Assembly: GCA_963770895.1 (NCBI GenBank) | Contig: CAVYRF010000001.1 | Location: forward strand, 1,120,001-1,184,000 | Direction of reading: 5' to 3' | DNA length: 64,000 nt | Source of the DNA: an uncultured Acidobacteriota bacterium | GTDB taxonomy: Bacteria > Acidobacteriota > Thermoanaerobaculia > Multivoradales > UBA5704 | Shown here: one piece after another, positions 27,601 through 33,472 of the stretch | Position numbering within the stretch: position 1 is the stretch's first letter | Layout: each line of letters starts with the position of its first letter | The notes under the pieces: model-generated | Databases searched by the model: none | Seen by the model: the letters and a program-made list of their open reading frames with translations, nothing else | What the model was told of the DNA's origin: nothing | Translations under genes and position numbers: made by a program

Positions 27601-28001
27601 CGGCCAGCTTTACCGCGCCGCGCAACGACCGCGAGCGCATCGTCGCCGACGCCTGGCGCGAAGTGCTGGGGCGCGAGCGCATCGGCGTCGACGAAAGCTT
27701 CTTCGCCGTGGGTGGCAGCTCGCTGGCGATGGTGCAGCTGCAGAGCCGCCTGCGCTCGGCCCTGGGGCGCGAGGTGCCGCTGCTCGAGCTGTTCCGCCAC
27801 CCGACGATCGAAGGCCTGGCGGCAAGCCTGGGCCAGGACGCCGCCGCGACGGCGGATGCCGCCGCCGGAGCCGCCGAGCAGGCGCGCGCGCGCGTCGCCA
27901 CGCGCCGCGAGTCGCTGCGCCGCCAGCAGGTGCGGCGGCGCGCGCCAGGGGCGGCGGCCGCACCCGGAGATCGAGCCAAAGCAGGAGACAACCATGATTG
28001 A
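9624..28001 (+). CDS. NRPS, ACP-(C-A-PCP)x5
   Basis: ATG 9624 after aggtgaggag. N-terminal LGLDSL carrier, C1 HHLVADFWS, four HHxxADGWS C domains, five YTSG(S/T)TG-type A domains, PCPs with GGHSL x4 and GGSSL. Codes read by eye: A1 DAEDMSCVSK (basic residue?), A2 DLFNNALTYK (Ala), A3 DTIFFASVTK (unknown), A4 DVQFLAHAVK (Pro-like), A5 DAFFLGLVVK (Leu-like). Confidence 0.95.
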   Translation: MKGSAIQPAVGIPATQPDSRSASLQQLATRVAAIASAALGLGAAALDAERPLTALGLDSLAAVEIAAALEADWGTAPPLSLLLAGASCHELARWLQASLRERAAGAPAAPAVGAAGDSREPIPPAKDFPLSPGQQALWFLERLAPTAGAYNVVVAAEARGLDAELLVRLLAILASRHAALRTIFPVHGEQAVQRVLAAPAIDFASQDAAQWSPEQLLQRMAEEAWRPFDLERGPLLRVRLFEPAPVAGPWRGPLLMVAIHHLVADFWSLRILAQQLRELLEAASPLEAGSPSPWAAATPAPVAGVTAAAPAATFAECARRQAEQLAGQQGQLDWAFWRQTLAGERGAVPDLDLPTDRPRPAVQTWRALARSTALAAPRAAALRRLAAAEGATLFGALAAIWQLQLGRAAGQDDFAVGTPTSGRRAAGSAGVVGYFVNSVALRADLRGAPPVGHLLGRVRRSLVVALEHADFPFAWLAARLRPARDPARPPLYQTVLALEPHRPGDPPGLAAFAQGEQGACLDLGGGVALTAVALPERRAQVELTLSVAELADGGLALALEANADLFDAATVDRMLGHFVTLAAAAAAEPERAVWDLPLLTAAEQEQLQQEWGASLQTPAAADARCRPLHELVAERARRAPAATALVIGDAAWTYGCLVARAHHLAARLRGLLGAPGTPPAAERTVALLVERSADLVAGALGILEAGGTLLALDPEYAMPRLAWTLADAGAAAVITQRRFAARLPDTALPQVLVDQVGAVLERGPGRVAAASVAPTVRAGTAAMDGGDAGDRGNGGDGGDGADPGVPGGPAATGWEPWEGARAAYLVYTSGSTGVPKGVAVSHAAAAHQFLSAARTLALAAGDRVLQLPSTGFDAALEQIFATLLAGSTLVMRGPEPWGPRELADRLATRELTVVDVPVAFLTHWIAEAGQLPAPAPSLRLVMVSGEELRAQTVRRHGASPLAAVPLWNCYGPTEAVVSATLYAVRRQDGDGGPVPIGRALPGRVARVLDRHGQPQPLGAPGELCLGGLLARGYHARPDLTAASFVPDPWGPPGTRLYRTGDLVRRRAPDGLLQFLGRLDQQVKVRGFRVEPGEIAAVLAEHPAVAAAAVLALRAVPAVVPAVPPAPAVPAPLTAPAAPTEPTASAMAVVPAAPVVELEQEQELRLVAFVAPELPPDLAGFVAQRLPGYMVPAVWLALSRLPANAAGKIDQAALAALAPDARPLAAAQDGDASAPPDASRAAIEELLAGAWAALLGRETVGRHQDFFALGGHSLLATRVVAQVSRWFGVDLPLSEVFAAPTVAALAERIAAAVARGSAGGPEAAGDPLAGSRPSAAPPLTAGHHDAAHLPLSSAQRRLWFLEQLAPGTALYNIPGALQLSGPLAVPALAAAMAAVVRRHQVLRTAITAMAGQPVQRLVEWPATILPQIDLAALAPAARQHETERLSGAEARQPFDLAQGPLVRALLLRQGPAEHRLLVTFHHLVADGWSLGVFLDQLAELYPLWVARGAQAPLQASQLPQASLPHQESQPPQASQLPQPPLALPASQQPLQAQLPQPPLPSLPALPPLPVQYADFAVWQAAWLAGGEEQRQLVYWRSRLAGVPATELPMDRRRPPVRSSRGATRAAALPAAAPAAIAALARREGVTVFMALAGLFQALAGRLSGDDRVAVGTPVANRRRAEVEPLIGLFVNTLVLDVELGDDPSLGDLLARVRQACLGAYAHQDLPFERLVEELQPGRDLARHPLFQLMFVLADPLPARTLDLPPAVAAGAPGGAGGALRLAPLTRTTGTAKFDLLMSMMTDDQGGWQAHAEYATDLWDPASIDRLLGQFATLLAAAAAAPRDARLATLTLLSAAERQQLLAEWNDTASPSRRQDTEAPGASAAIGAPANAGLIGEVVPADLFRQPTVAALAPASAATGAERLHELVAAQVARMPDAVAVVGGDERLSYGALWASARRLAARLRGLGAGPDVRAGVCLGRTPDLITAFLGVLESGAAYVPLDPALPPHRLQTMLERAGATLLVADREHAAQLDAERSFAGTLVLFGGDRRDAGDDRDDSERDVLHVAQGSLHAGTHDAAAVRRAVVASAGPVAGNSGGDRRPDAADTPLPGGGQASSELAYVIFTSGSTGEPKAVGIEHRGAVALVRWALGAFTRDELAGVLAATSVGFDLSIFEIFVPLSCGGQVILAPSIAELRQVRAIGGVTLVNTVPSPMAELVAAPLPPAVRTVNLAGEALDAELVARLAAHAQVQRVVNLYGPSESTTYATWDQVWSRRAKTAAAPGVIRVTIGRPVAGTTFRVFGRHGDLLPIGVPGELALGGQGLARGYLGRPDLTAERFVPDPCADLPGARLYRTGDRARLLPDGRLDFLGRLDQQVKVRGVRIEPGEIEAVLARHPQVAQAAVVARAAGGVADGPQLVAYVVAAATADSSGGPGSAGDVEVMPAGVAIAADGTGAAGRDGELMAVLAAWLRERLPAAMVPAAWVVLPALPLSSNGKVDRRALPAPAAAVAGEAVAAGEAPRAGAEQALAAIWRQVLGRDRIGRHEDFFAAGGHSLLALRAVFRIGEAFGVEVPVTALFQAPTVAALAAWLAAGAAGTAVGLSDMPGGAPPGTTGAVSALASVGTAAALAGARGEAPASGGSSAAALARLRLGGATLEEPAAAVAPDLAASSQAPEAPGAAASRGLPLSAAQRRLWFLERLHPGQAGYELSVAVRLDGALSLPALAGSVAAVVERHEPLRTVYSESDGQPRQSVLAPPRRPLAMADLRGLAAGRRQASLRAAQGAVAARSFDLERGPVARFLLVALDEGAHVLCVACHHIAADGWSLEVLFRDLAALYGAALAGLPSPLPQPAPRYADHVLAQGRRVQHGDQLARQLAWWRGQLAGLPTLDLPLDRPRPARWSSRGVARRFELDERTASALGAVARSQGATPFMALLAGFFTFLARHSGQDDVAVGVPVAGRSHADAEGMVGLFVNTLVTRVSLADGPSFADLVRRVRHATLEAQQHQDLPFETLVEDLRPERASGASPLFQALFSHLAAAFGAVQMAGLELRLVPEESPTARFDLSCDVHQRDGRLGGNLDFAAALFEPATASRMRDHLLALLAAAAAAPQRPALELPMLSAAERHQVEVEWNHRAGDGITDATPLDHIVRQAAAAPGRRAVVCGGRELTYGELVQRSRRLADRLAALGVGGEDRVGLLLDRSAGVVVAMLATWQAGAAWVPFDPAAPAARLAALAADAGLAALIADPGSRPAPDLGVPCLELAPDDLGRPAGRGRGQVAAPPAEPSIPASASGSGATPGSGPAAGAGALSASPPTARTAARSPLPARPAPAPAPGDLAYLIYTSGTTGVPKAVAVAHGSLLQTLLAWQADYPLRPGDRVPVLAPLWFDTSVIELFAPLTAGGEMEMVPSLDILDLPRLVEVLSRATLAFQVPSLLRRVAAFLADPDGGRPALPPAGPRWLFPAGERVSGDLVRELQQTFPATQVMASYGPTETAVTCATWSPPRPLVEGDEGGVLGRPLTGVTLLVRDCWGNPAPIGVAGELHIGGGGVARGYLGRPRLTADRFRPAPGGGRSYRSGDLTRLLGDGRIQFLGRIDHQIKLRGFRIEPGEIEVALRAQEGVLDALVTVVAAAPAAGRGLGEAPGGDLRLTAYVVPDAPAALADGARQQLLDRLRRRLAERLPDYMVPAAWVLLAAFPLSATGKVDRRALPAPAPDAAALDGLDAAAAAARTPEEELLAALWAEVLGLERVGPASDFFALGGHSLLLTQLASRVRRAFGVEVPLADLFAARTLAEQALRLGELLRQQAAPAAGPPAAQPVELPPIPPLRPLPPAARRQPLPLSFAQERLWLLATLEPGPLYNMPVAARLRGDLLLPALAAALGGIVRRHEVLRTRLVAERGRPAQIVVPHQPRQAARLPLVDLSALPAALGAPVARALLDAEARRPFDLESGRLVRSLVLRLGPADHQLVVVLHHIAADGWSMGVLLDELAVLYTAAAGAGPGLPELPVQYADFAVWQRQWLAGDRLARELAHWRQRLAGAPETLELPADRPRRPDGAAHGGQRSFAMPAGTRGHLALLARRRGWTPFMPLLAAFAALLARWGGRRDAGEVVIGSPIANRNVLETERLIGFFANTLALRLDLEGDPAFALLADRARSVCLDAYAHQDLPFEKLVEELAPVRQAGTTPLFNVMLVLQNVPLRLAVPGLAVELLDAGSGTAKFDLAVFLMESGGELLGSIEFRRDLFDDATIERLTGHLRTLLAGAIAAPAARLSELPLLSPAERSHLALQAAAPPAAIAASLAAGRRLAHLRVADQAARTPDAVAAVFADSHLSYGELAARSRRLAGQLRRLGVGPDVVVGLYVERSLEAMTALLGIMAAGGAFLALDPDSPVERLRLMLDDARAPVIVTQALLADQLPAGGTGAARLVVVDRPAHDPRDAADRDAAAATPLPAPPRGDRLLADHLIYVCYTSGSTGRPKGVAMPHGALAAMLDWQLRTSHAADRTLNFTSLSFDVSFQELFATWSAGGTLVLIGEEVRRDPAALASLLARQQVTRLFLPFVALQQLAVAALAAPPQGFPGALREVLSAGEQLYVTPQVAALAARLPGAALYNHYGPTEAHAVTWLPLTGDPAAWPERPSIGGPLDHARILLLDRNLRRVPQGVPGEVWAAGPGLARGYLGRRRLTAERFMPDPFADVPGWRPGARMYRVGDVARQLADGTLEFLGRTDFQVKVRGHRIEVAEIETALARHPAVSQAAVVAHGEDAASRRLVACVVCAPQVTAPTAADLRAWLGRTLPAAMVPSGWLRAARLPLTATGKLDRRALERWAGGAFAAPDPAAAAAAGYDVAPLDATAGGAAADAAGAADQGPAASLRHPAEELMAGIWREVLGAVEVAAADDFFALGGHSLLATQVVSRIREVFGVELPLRRLFEEPTVAAMTGAVLALRAVGANGANGAGDGGDDPAVAAPPIVRAARDRPLPLSFAQERLWFLDRLQPGGSAYNLPLLLRASGPLAPARLAAALSRVVRRHEVLRTRYAEQGGRPVQIVDDAAPVAVPVADLAALPADRRQEEARRLVAAAAGQPFDLARGPVLRVLMVASGQDGPLLLATLHHIAADGWSMGVLVREMQAAWAARPATPPPPLAVQYADFAVWQRQWLAGAPLARQLGWWRKQLHGARAVLEVPADRPRPPVATQRGAEHVFALDAGLAARLAAAASRHGATLFMALAGGLYALLARLSGERDLILGTPIANRNRIQIEPLIGCFVNMLALRVQVDGEAAWGDLLAAVRETSLGAYAHQDLPFEMLVDQVAPQRDLSRPPLVQVAMALQNAPLPVADLDGVRLTSHEPGSGTAKLDLTWSFAAGAEGRLDATLQYAADLFDAATAARLAHRFGVLLDELLSRPLARVAAAALLAPAERHQLLHEWNDTAAPPLPAWDDRAVAPAVHHQVERHAALRPQALAVCRGAQRLTYGELNAQADHLAWQLRRAGAGQDAPVALWLERSPELVVAALAALKAGAAYLPLDPAWPAARVQAILDQARVRVLVAGAEQPALAGAARADAADADAADAAGDGGSSRRGVRRLDVREALTPPAAGEPARRVAGPPPAVVLPGTLAYVIYTSGSTGEPKGVEVSHGALAGMVRWNATTYGWGAGERGTMLATPSFDASVFEIWPVLASGASLHVPEAEVRLVPERLLAWLASEGITVSFLPTALAEQVVEAAERALPAGDMRLRTLLSGGDRLRRPPVRPLPFAMVNLYGPAESTVVSTVGACSVVPSGGGEPSIGRPVDDTRIYLADAAGELVAPGVPGEMYLAGRGLARGYLGRPDLTAERFLPDPWSGHAGGRLYRTGDVARHAPIGDLHFLGRVDAQVKVRGCRIEPAEIEAALRRHPGVRQAAVVPRRQPSGEMQLVGYVVFAPPMDLAAPVVDGVPPADPAAGEPAAATAPAQLRALLAAELPEYMVPAVLVELPELPVTPNGKLDRAALPAPPDRQEATASFTAPRNDRERIVADAWREVLGRERIGVDESFFAVGGSSLAMVQLQSRLRSALGREVPLLELFRHPTIEGLAASLGQDAAATADAAAGAAEQARARVATRRESLRRQQVRRRAPGAAAAPGDRAKAGDNHD

Positions 28002-31000
28002 CGACATCGACCACCAGGAGCCGGAGCCCGAGCCCGAAACCGCGGCGGCCATCGCCATCGTCGGGCTCGCGGCGCGTTTTCCCGGCGCCGCCGACGCCGC
28101 CACCTACTGGCGCAACCTGAGCCAGGGCATCGAGTCCATCGCCCGGATGAGCGACGGCGAGCTGGCCGCCGCCGGCGTCGCCGCGAGCGACCTGGCCGAC
28201 CCGCGCTACGTCCGCGCCAAGGGCGCCCTGGCGGACGCCGACCTGTTCGACGCCGCTTTCTTCGGCATCACGCCGCGCGAAGCGGAGGTGCTCGACCCGC
28301 AGCACCGGGTCTTCCTGGAAACCGCCTGGGAGGCGCTCGAAGACGCCGGTTGCGACCCGCGGCGCGGCGGCGAGCGGGTCGGCCTGTGGGCCGGCGCCGG
28401 CGCCGCCACCTACCTGGCGGCCAACCTGTTCGCCGAGCGCCGGCGCCTCGAAGCGATCGGCAGCTTTCAGACCCTGCTGCTCAACGACCGCGACTTCCTG
28501 GCGACGCGCGCCGCCCACGCGCTCGATCTGCGGGGGCCCAGCGTCACCGTGCAGACCGCCTGCTCCACCTCGCTGGTCGCCGTGCACCTGGCCTGCCAGA
28601 GCCTGCTCGCCGGCGAGTGCGACGTCGCCCTGGCCGGCGGCGTCTCGATCAGCTCGCCGCTGCGCATCGGCTACTTCTACGAAGAGGGCGGCGTGATGTC
28701 TCCCGACGGCCGCTGCCGCGCCTTCGACGCCGCCGCGGCGGGCGCCGTGGAAGGCAACGGCTGCGGCGTCGTGGCGCTGATGCGCCTGGCCGACGCCACC
28801 GCCGCCGGGGCCCGCATCCTGGCCGTGCTGTGCGGTTCGGCGGTCAACAACGACGGCGCCTCCCGCCCCGGCTTCACCGCGCCCAGCGTCGAAGGCCAGG
28901 CCCAGGTCATCACCGAAAGCCTGCTGATGGCGGGCGTCGATCCGCGCACGATCCGCTACGTCGAGGCGCACGGCAGCGGCACGCCGCTCGGCGACCCGAT
29001 CGAGGTCGCCGCCCTGACCCAGGCCTTCCGCACCGCGGCGGGCGTTGGGGTGGAGCTGCCGCCGGCGTCCTGCGCCCTGGGGTCGGTGAAGACCGCCATC
29101 GGCCACTGCAACACCGCCGCCGGCATCGCCGGCCTGATCAAGACGGTTTTGGCGCTCACCCATCGCACTCTGCCCCCCAGCCTCCACTTTCAGACCCCCA
29201 ATCCGCGCCTGGAGCTGGCGGCCGGCCCCTTCTACGTGCCGGTCGCGGCGGCGCCCTGGCCCGCCGGAGACCAGCCGCGCCGCGCCGGCGTCAGCTCCTT
29301 CGGCCTGGGCGGCACCAACGCCCACGTCATCCTGGAAGAGGCGCCGCCGCCGCCGCCGGCCGACCCGCCGGCGCGCCAGCCGCAGCTGCTGGTGCTCTCC
29401 GCCCGCACCCCTGCCGCCCTGAGCGCCGCCGCGGCGCGCCTGGCCGAGCGCCTGGGCACGGACGGCGAGGAGGTAGTGGGCACCGCTGGCGCCGGGAAGG
29501 CGGCCGGCACCGTCACCGGCGAAGAGGACGATGCCGGTGCGCGCCTGGACCGGGGCGGCGACCAGGAAATCGGCGCCGCCGGCGGAGGAAGCGAGGCGCG
29601 CGCTGTCACTGGCGGGGAGCGCCAGGCGGCGGCGCATCTGGCGGACGTAGCCTGGACCTTGCAGACCGGCCGCCGGCTGTTCGAGCACCGCCGCTTCGTC
29701 GTGGTGCGCGACCGCGAGCAGGCGCGCGCCGCGCTGGCCGCGGCGCCGGCGCCCGGTTCGACCGGCCGCCGCGAAGGCGGGCGCCGCCGCCAGGTGGTGT
29801 TCCTGTTCCCCGGCCTGGGCGACCAGTATCCGGGCATGGCACGCGGCCTGTACGACGCCGAGCCGGTCTTCCGCCAGGAGCTGGACCGCTGCGCGCGGCT
29901 GCTGGCGCCGGCCCTGGCCGCCGCCGGTGCCGCCGAGGATCAGGCGGCAGACCTGCTGGAGGTGCTGTTCGCCGCGGCGGCGCCGCCCTCAGCCGGCGGC
30001 GGGAACGGCGCGGCGCCGGCGCCCCGGCCAGCCGGAGGAGATGCCGGCGCGATGGCGGCGGACCCGCCCGTCGCCGCGGCAAGCCGTACAGGCGGAGCGC
30101 TGCTGCGGCCGCGCCGCGGCGCCGCCGCTGCCGGCGCCGGCAGCGCGGCGGACGACCCGGCGGCGGCGCGGCTGGCGCGCACGCGCTTTGCGCAGCCGGC
30201 GTGCTTCGCCGTCGAATACGCGCTGGCCAAGCTTTTGATGTCCTGGGGCATCGAGCCGCAGGCGCTGATCGGCTACAGCGTCGGCGAGCTGGTCGCGGCC
30301 TGCATCGGCGGTTCGCTGACGCTCGAAGAGGCGCTGGACCTGGTGGCGGAGCGGGCGCTGCGCATCGACGAGCTGCCGGGCGGCGCGATGCTGGCGGTGC
30401 CGCTGCCGGAGCACCAGGTGCTGCCGCTGCTGGCGCCGCCGGACGGGGCAGCGCCCGGCGCCGGCGGCAGCCTGGCGCTGGCGGCGACCAACGGCCAGCA
30501 CTTCTCGGTGGTGGCGGGCGACGAAACGGCGGTGGCGGATCTGGAGCGCCGCCTGGCCGCCGCCGGCACCACCTGCCTGCGGCTGCGCACGACGCACGCT
30601 TTTCATTCGCCCGCCATGGCGCCCGCGGCCGCCCGCCTGCGGGCGCCGCATCGCTGGCCGATGCGGCCGCCGCGCATCCCCTGGATCTCCAACGTCACCG
30701 GCGGCTGGGTCGGCGCCGCCGATCTGGACGATCCCGGCTATTGGGCGCGCCACGTCACCGGCACCGTGCGCTTTGCGGAAGGGTTGAGCGAGCTGCTGGC
30801 CGAGCCCGACCGCCTGTTCGTCGAGGTGGGGCCGGGGTCCACGCTCTCCACCCTGGTGGCGCAGCATCCCGCTGCGACGGCGGCCACCGTGGCGGTCCCC
30901 ACCCTGCGGCGCGCCGACGAGACCGGCGACGACCTGGAGCGGCTGCTGGCCGCCGCCGGCCGTCTCTGGATCGAAGGGGTGCCGATCGACTGGCAGCGTT

Positions 31001-33435
31001 TCCACGCCGCCGCCGGCCGCCCCGCCAGGCGGCGTCGCGTCGCGCTGCCGACCTACCCGTTCGAGCGCCAGCGCTATTGGGTGGACCCGCCGCGGCCGGG
31101 GCAGGCCGCAGCGCTCGGCGAGCCCGGCGGGGGTCTGACCGCGGCATCGCCGGGCGGCGCGACAGGCTCCGCCAGCGGCCTGGCGGCGACGCGCGCCGCG
31201 GATCTCGCCGATTGGATCTGGGTGACCACCTGGAAGCGGCTGCCGCTGCCGCCCGCCGACCAGCGGGCTTCGACGGATGGGGTGCCGGCGGTCGCCAGTG
31301 GAATGCCTGCACCGCCTGGTCTGACCGGTGCTTTCCTGGCCGCGGCTGAGGGGAGGCTGGCTGCCTCACCCTCGACCGCTGCCAGTCCCGCGGCTGCCGT
31401 TGAGATGGCCGCCGGGCCTGGCTCGACCCAGGGGATGGCGACGGAGCCTCCGGCGGTTGGGGCGACGGCCGCGGCGGAGCGCTGGCTGATCTTTGCCGAC
31501 GCCGGCGGGCTGGGCGAGCGCGTCGCGTCGCGGCTGCGCGCCACCGGCCGCCAGGTGGCGACGGCCGTCGCCGGCGCCGGGTTTGCGGCGCTGGGGGAGG
31601 AGGCGTTTCGCCTCGATCCCGGCAGCCTCGCGGACTACGAAGCGCTGCTGCGCGAGCTGGGCGCGCCGCCGTCGCGCGTGCTCCACCTGTGGAGCTGCAC
31701 CGACGCGGAGCCGGACTTTGCCGCGGCGCAAGCCGGTGGGCTGGTGAGCGTGACGCTGCTGGCGCAGGCGCTGGCCGCGGTGCACGGCGGCGCCGCCGTG
31801 CACCTGGTGGTGGCGGGCAACGGCCTGTGCCAGGTGCTGGACGGCGACGCCGTGCACCCCGGCAAGGCGACGCTGCTGGGCGGCTTGAAAGTCATCCGGC
31901 AGGAGGTCCCGCGGCTGGACGTGGCGATCGTGGACGTGGCGCCGCCGCCCGCTGGGCAGGCCGGTTCGGCGGCGGCGGCGCGCCTGGTCGAGCAGCTGCT
32001 TGCCGAAGCCGCGGCGCTGGCGTCCCGCGCACCGTCCAACCTGCCGGCAGACGGGGCGTCGCCAGAGCAGCCGGCAGCGCCGCCGCCGCACCTGCCGCCG
32101 CTGCCCATTGTGGCGCTGCGCGGTCGCCAGCGTTTCGTGCGCGGCAGCGAACGGCTGCACCTGCCCGATGCCGGGCCGAGGCCGGACCAGGCCGGCAGCG
32201 GCGCCGGCTTGCTGCGAGGCGGTGCCTACCTGATCGCCGGCGCCGACCGCGGCGCGGGCGAGCCGTTGGCGCAGCACCTGGTGCGCCAGCTGGATGCGCG
32301 GGTGGCGCTGGTGATCGCACCCGCCGCCGCCGCCGCGGCGCCGGCGGAGTCCCCAGCCGCCGGGCGCCTGCTGACGCTGGCCGGCGAGGTGGGCGACACC
32401 CGCGTGCTGATCGTGCGCGGCGACCCCGCCGACCCGGCAGTGATGGCTGCGGCGGCAGCGCAGGCGGGCGCCCGGTTCGGTGCGCTGCACGGCGCCTTGT
32501 GGAGCGGCGGCGTCGCCACCGGCCTGCTGCCCTGGAAGACGGCGGCAGGCCTGCACGCGGCGCTCGACCAGGTGGCGCGCGAGGCCGCGGCGCTGTGCGA
32601 CGCCGCCGCGCCCGCGGCGCCGCGGTTCGTGGCATTGCTGGCCACGACCGCGGCGGTCACCGGTGGTGTCGGACTGCTGGAAGAGGCCGCCGCGGGTTCC
32701 TACCTGGAAGCCTTCGCCAATCAGCGCGCCAGCGGCGACGGTGTCGCGGAAGCGGTGCCGCCTTGTCCGGTCGTCGCGGTGCATTGGGACCCCTACCAGT
32801 GGGGCGGCTGGCTGGTGGCGGAGCTGGGCGCCGGCACCGCGGGGCTGTCGCCGCTGGAGATGGCGGCGATGGTGGCGGAGCAGGGCATCGCGCCCGAGCG
32901 CAGCGCCGGCGCCCTGGGCCTGCTGCTGGCCGCGGCGCTGCCGGCGGCGGCGATCTCGGCGGGCGACCTGGCGCTGCTCGCCAGCGAAGCGGACAGCGTG
33001 ACCGCGGACGCCCTGCTCGCCGGCATGGCGGCGCCGGGGGTGCGCTCGCCGCGGCCCGACCTGGCGACGCCGTACGAGGCGCCGCGCGACGAGTTGGAGG
33101 AGAGCCTGGCGGCGCTGTGGCAGGAGCTCTTCGGCATCGAGCCGATCGGCCGCGACGACGTGTTCCTGGACCTGGGCGGCCATTCGCTGCTGGCGATCCA
33201 GATCGTCACCCAGGTGCGCCACCGGCTGCACGTCGACCTGCCGCTGACGGTGCTGTTCGAGGCGCCCACCGTGGCGCAGCTGGCGGCGGCGGTGCGGCGG
33301 GCGCGCGGCGAGGACGACCCGGCCGAGCTCGAGGCGCTGCTGGCGCAGGTCGAGGCGCTGTCGGCGGCGGAGGCCGCCGACAAGCTGGCGCAGCTGGACG
33401 TGCCGGCCGAGGTGCCGGCGGGGGTGGAAGCATGA
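27994..33435 (+). CDS. Type I PKS module KS-AT-KR(degenerate)-ACP
   Basis: RBS aggag, and ATG overlaps the NRPS stop. KS QTACSTS / EAHGSGT / IGH. AT GYSVG with HAFH (malonyl-type). KR lacks GxGxxG and the catalytic Tyr. ACP GGHSL. Confidence 0.92.
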   Translation: MIDDIDHQEPEPEPETAAAIAIVGLAARFPGAADAATYWRNLSQGIESIARMSDGELAAAGVAASDLADPRYVRAKGALADADLFDAAFFGITPREAEVLDPQHRVFLETAWEALEDAGCDPRRGGERVGLWAGAGAATYLAANLFAERRRLEAIGSFQTLLLNDRDFLATRAAHALDLRGPSVTVQTACSTSLVAVHLACQSLLAGECDVALAGGVSISSPLRIGYFYEEGGVMSPDGRCRAFDAAAAGAVEGNGCGVVALMRLADATAAGARILAVLCGSAVNNDGASRPGFTAPSVEGQAQVITESLLMAGVDPRTIRYVEAHGSGTPLGDPIEVAALTQAFRTAAGVGVELPPASCALGSVKTAIGHCNTAAGIAGLIKTVLALTHRTLPPSLHFQTPNPRLELAAGPFYVPVAAAPWPAGDQPRRAGVSSFGLGGTNAHVILEEAPPPPPADPPARQPQLLVLSARTPAALSAAAARLAERLGTDGEEVVGTAGAGKAAGTVTGEEDDAGARLDRGGDQEIGAAGGGSEARAVTGGERQAAAHLADVAWTLQTGRRLFEHRRFVVVRDREQARAALAAAPAPGSTGRREGGRRRQVVFLFPGLGDQYPGMARGLYDAEPVFRQELDRCARLLAPALAAAGAAEDQAADLLEVLFAAAAPPSAGGGNGAAPAPRPAGGDAGAMAADPPVAAASRTGGALLRPRRGAAAAGAGSAADDPAAARLARTRFAQPACFAVEYALAKLLMSWGIEPQALIGYSVGELVAACIGGSLTLEEALDLVAERALRIDELPGGAMLAVPLPEHQVLPLLAPPDGAAPGAGGSLALAATNGQHFSVVAGDETAVADLERRLAAAGTTCLRLRTTHAFHSPAMAPAAARLRAPHRWPMRPPRIPWISNVTGGWVGAADLDDPGYWARHVTGTVRFAEGLSELLAEPDRLFVEVGPGSTLSTLVAQHPAATAATVAVPTLRRADETGDDLERLLAAAGRLWIEGVPIDWQRFHAAAGRPARRRRVALPTYPFERQRYWVDPPRPGQAAALGEPGGGLTAASPGGATGSASGLAATRAADLADWIWVTTWKRLPLPPADQRASTDGVPAVASGMPAPPGLTGAFLAAAEGRLAASPSTAASPAAAVEMAAGPGSTQGMATEPPAVGATAAAERWLIFADAGGLGERVASRLRATGRQVATAVAGAGFAALGEEAFRLDPGSLADYEALLRELGAPPSRVLHLWSCTDAEPDFAAAQAGGLVSVTLLAQALAAVHGGAAVHLVVAGNGLCQVLDGDAVHPGKATLLGGLKVIRQEVPRLDVAIVDVAPPPAGQAGSAAAARLVEQLLAEAAALASRAPSNLPADGASPEQPAAPPPHLPPLPIVALRGRQRFVRGSERLHLPDAGPRPDQAGSGAGLLRGGAYLIAGADRGAGEPLAQHLVRQLDARVALVIAPAAAAAAPAESPAAGRLLTLAGEVGDTRVLIVRGDPADPAVMAAAAAQAGARFGALHGALWSGGVATGLLPWKTAAGLHAALDQVAREAAALCDAAAPAAPRFVALLATTAAVTGGVGLLEEAAAGSYLEAFANQRASGDGVAEAVPPCPVVAVHWDPYQWGGWLVAELGAGTAGLSPLEMAAMVAEQGIAPERSAGALGLLLAAALPAAAISAGDLALLASEADSVTADALLAGMAAPGVRSPRPDLATPYEAPRDELEESLAALWQELFGIEPIGRDDVFLDLGGHSLLAIQIVTQVRHRLHVDLPLTVLFEAPTVAQLAAAVRRARGEDDPAELEALLAQVEALSAAEAADKLAQLDVPAEVPAGVEA

Positions 33436-33472
33436 GCGGGCCTGGCGCCAGCCGGACCGCACGAGGTGGGCG

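Noticed and set aside
10034-27997. Plus-strand off-frame ORFs of about 1000 aa inside the first NRPS
   Set aside because: Arg/Gly/Pro/Ala-rich translations expected from stop-poor high-GC alternative frames.
30271-30285. Inactive AT in the first PKS (GYSVG instead of GHSxG)
   Set aside because: The catalytic Ser and the HAFH motif are retained, so it is probably functional.
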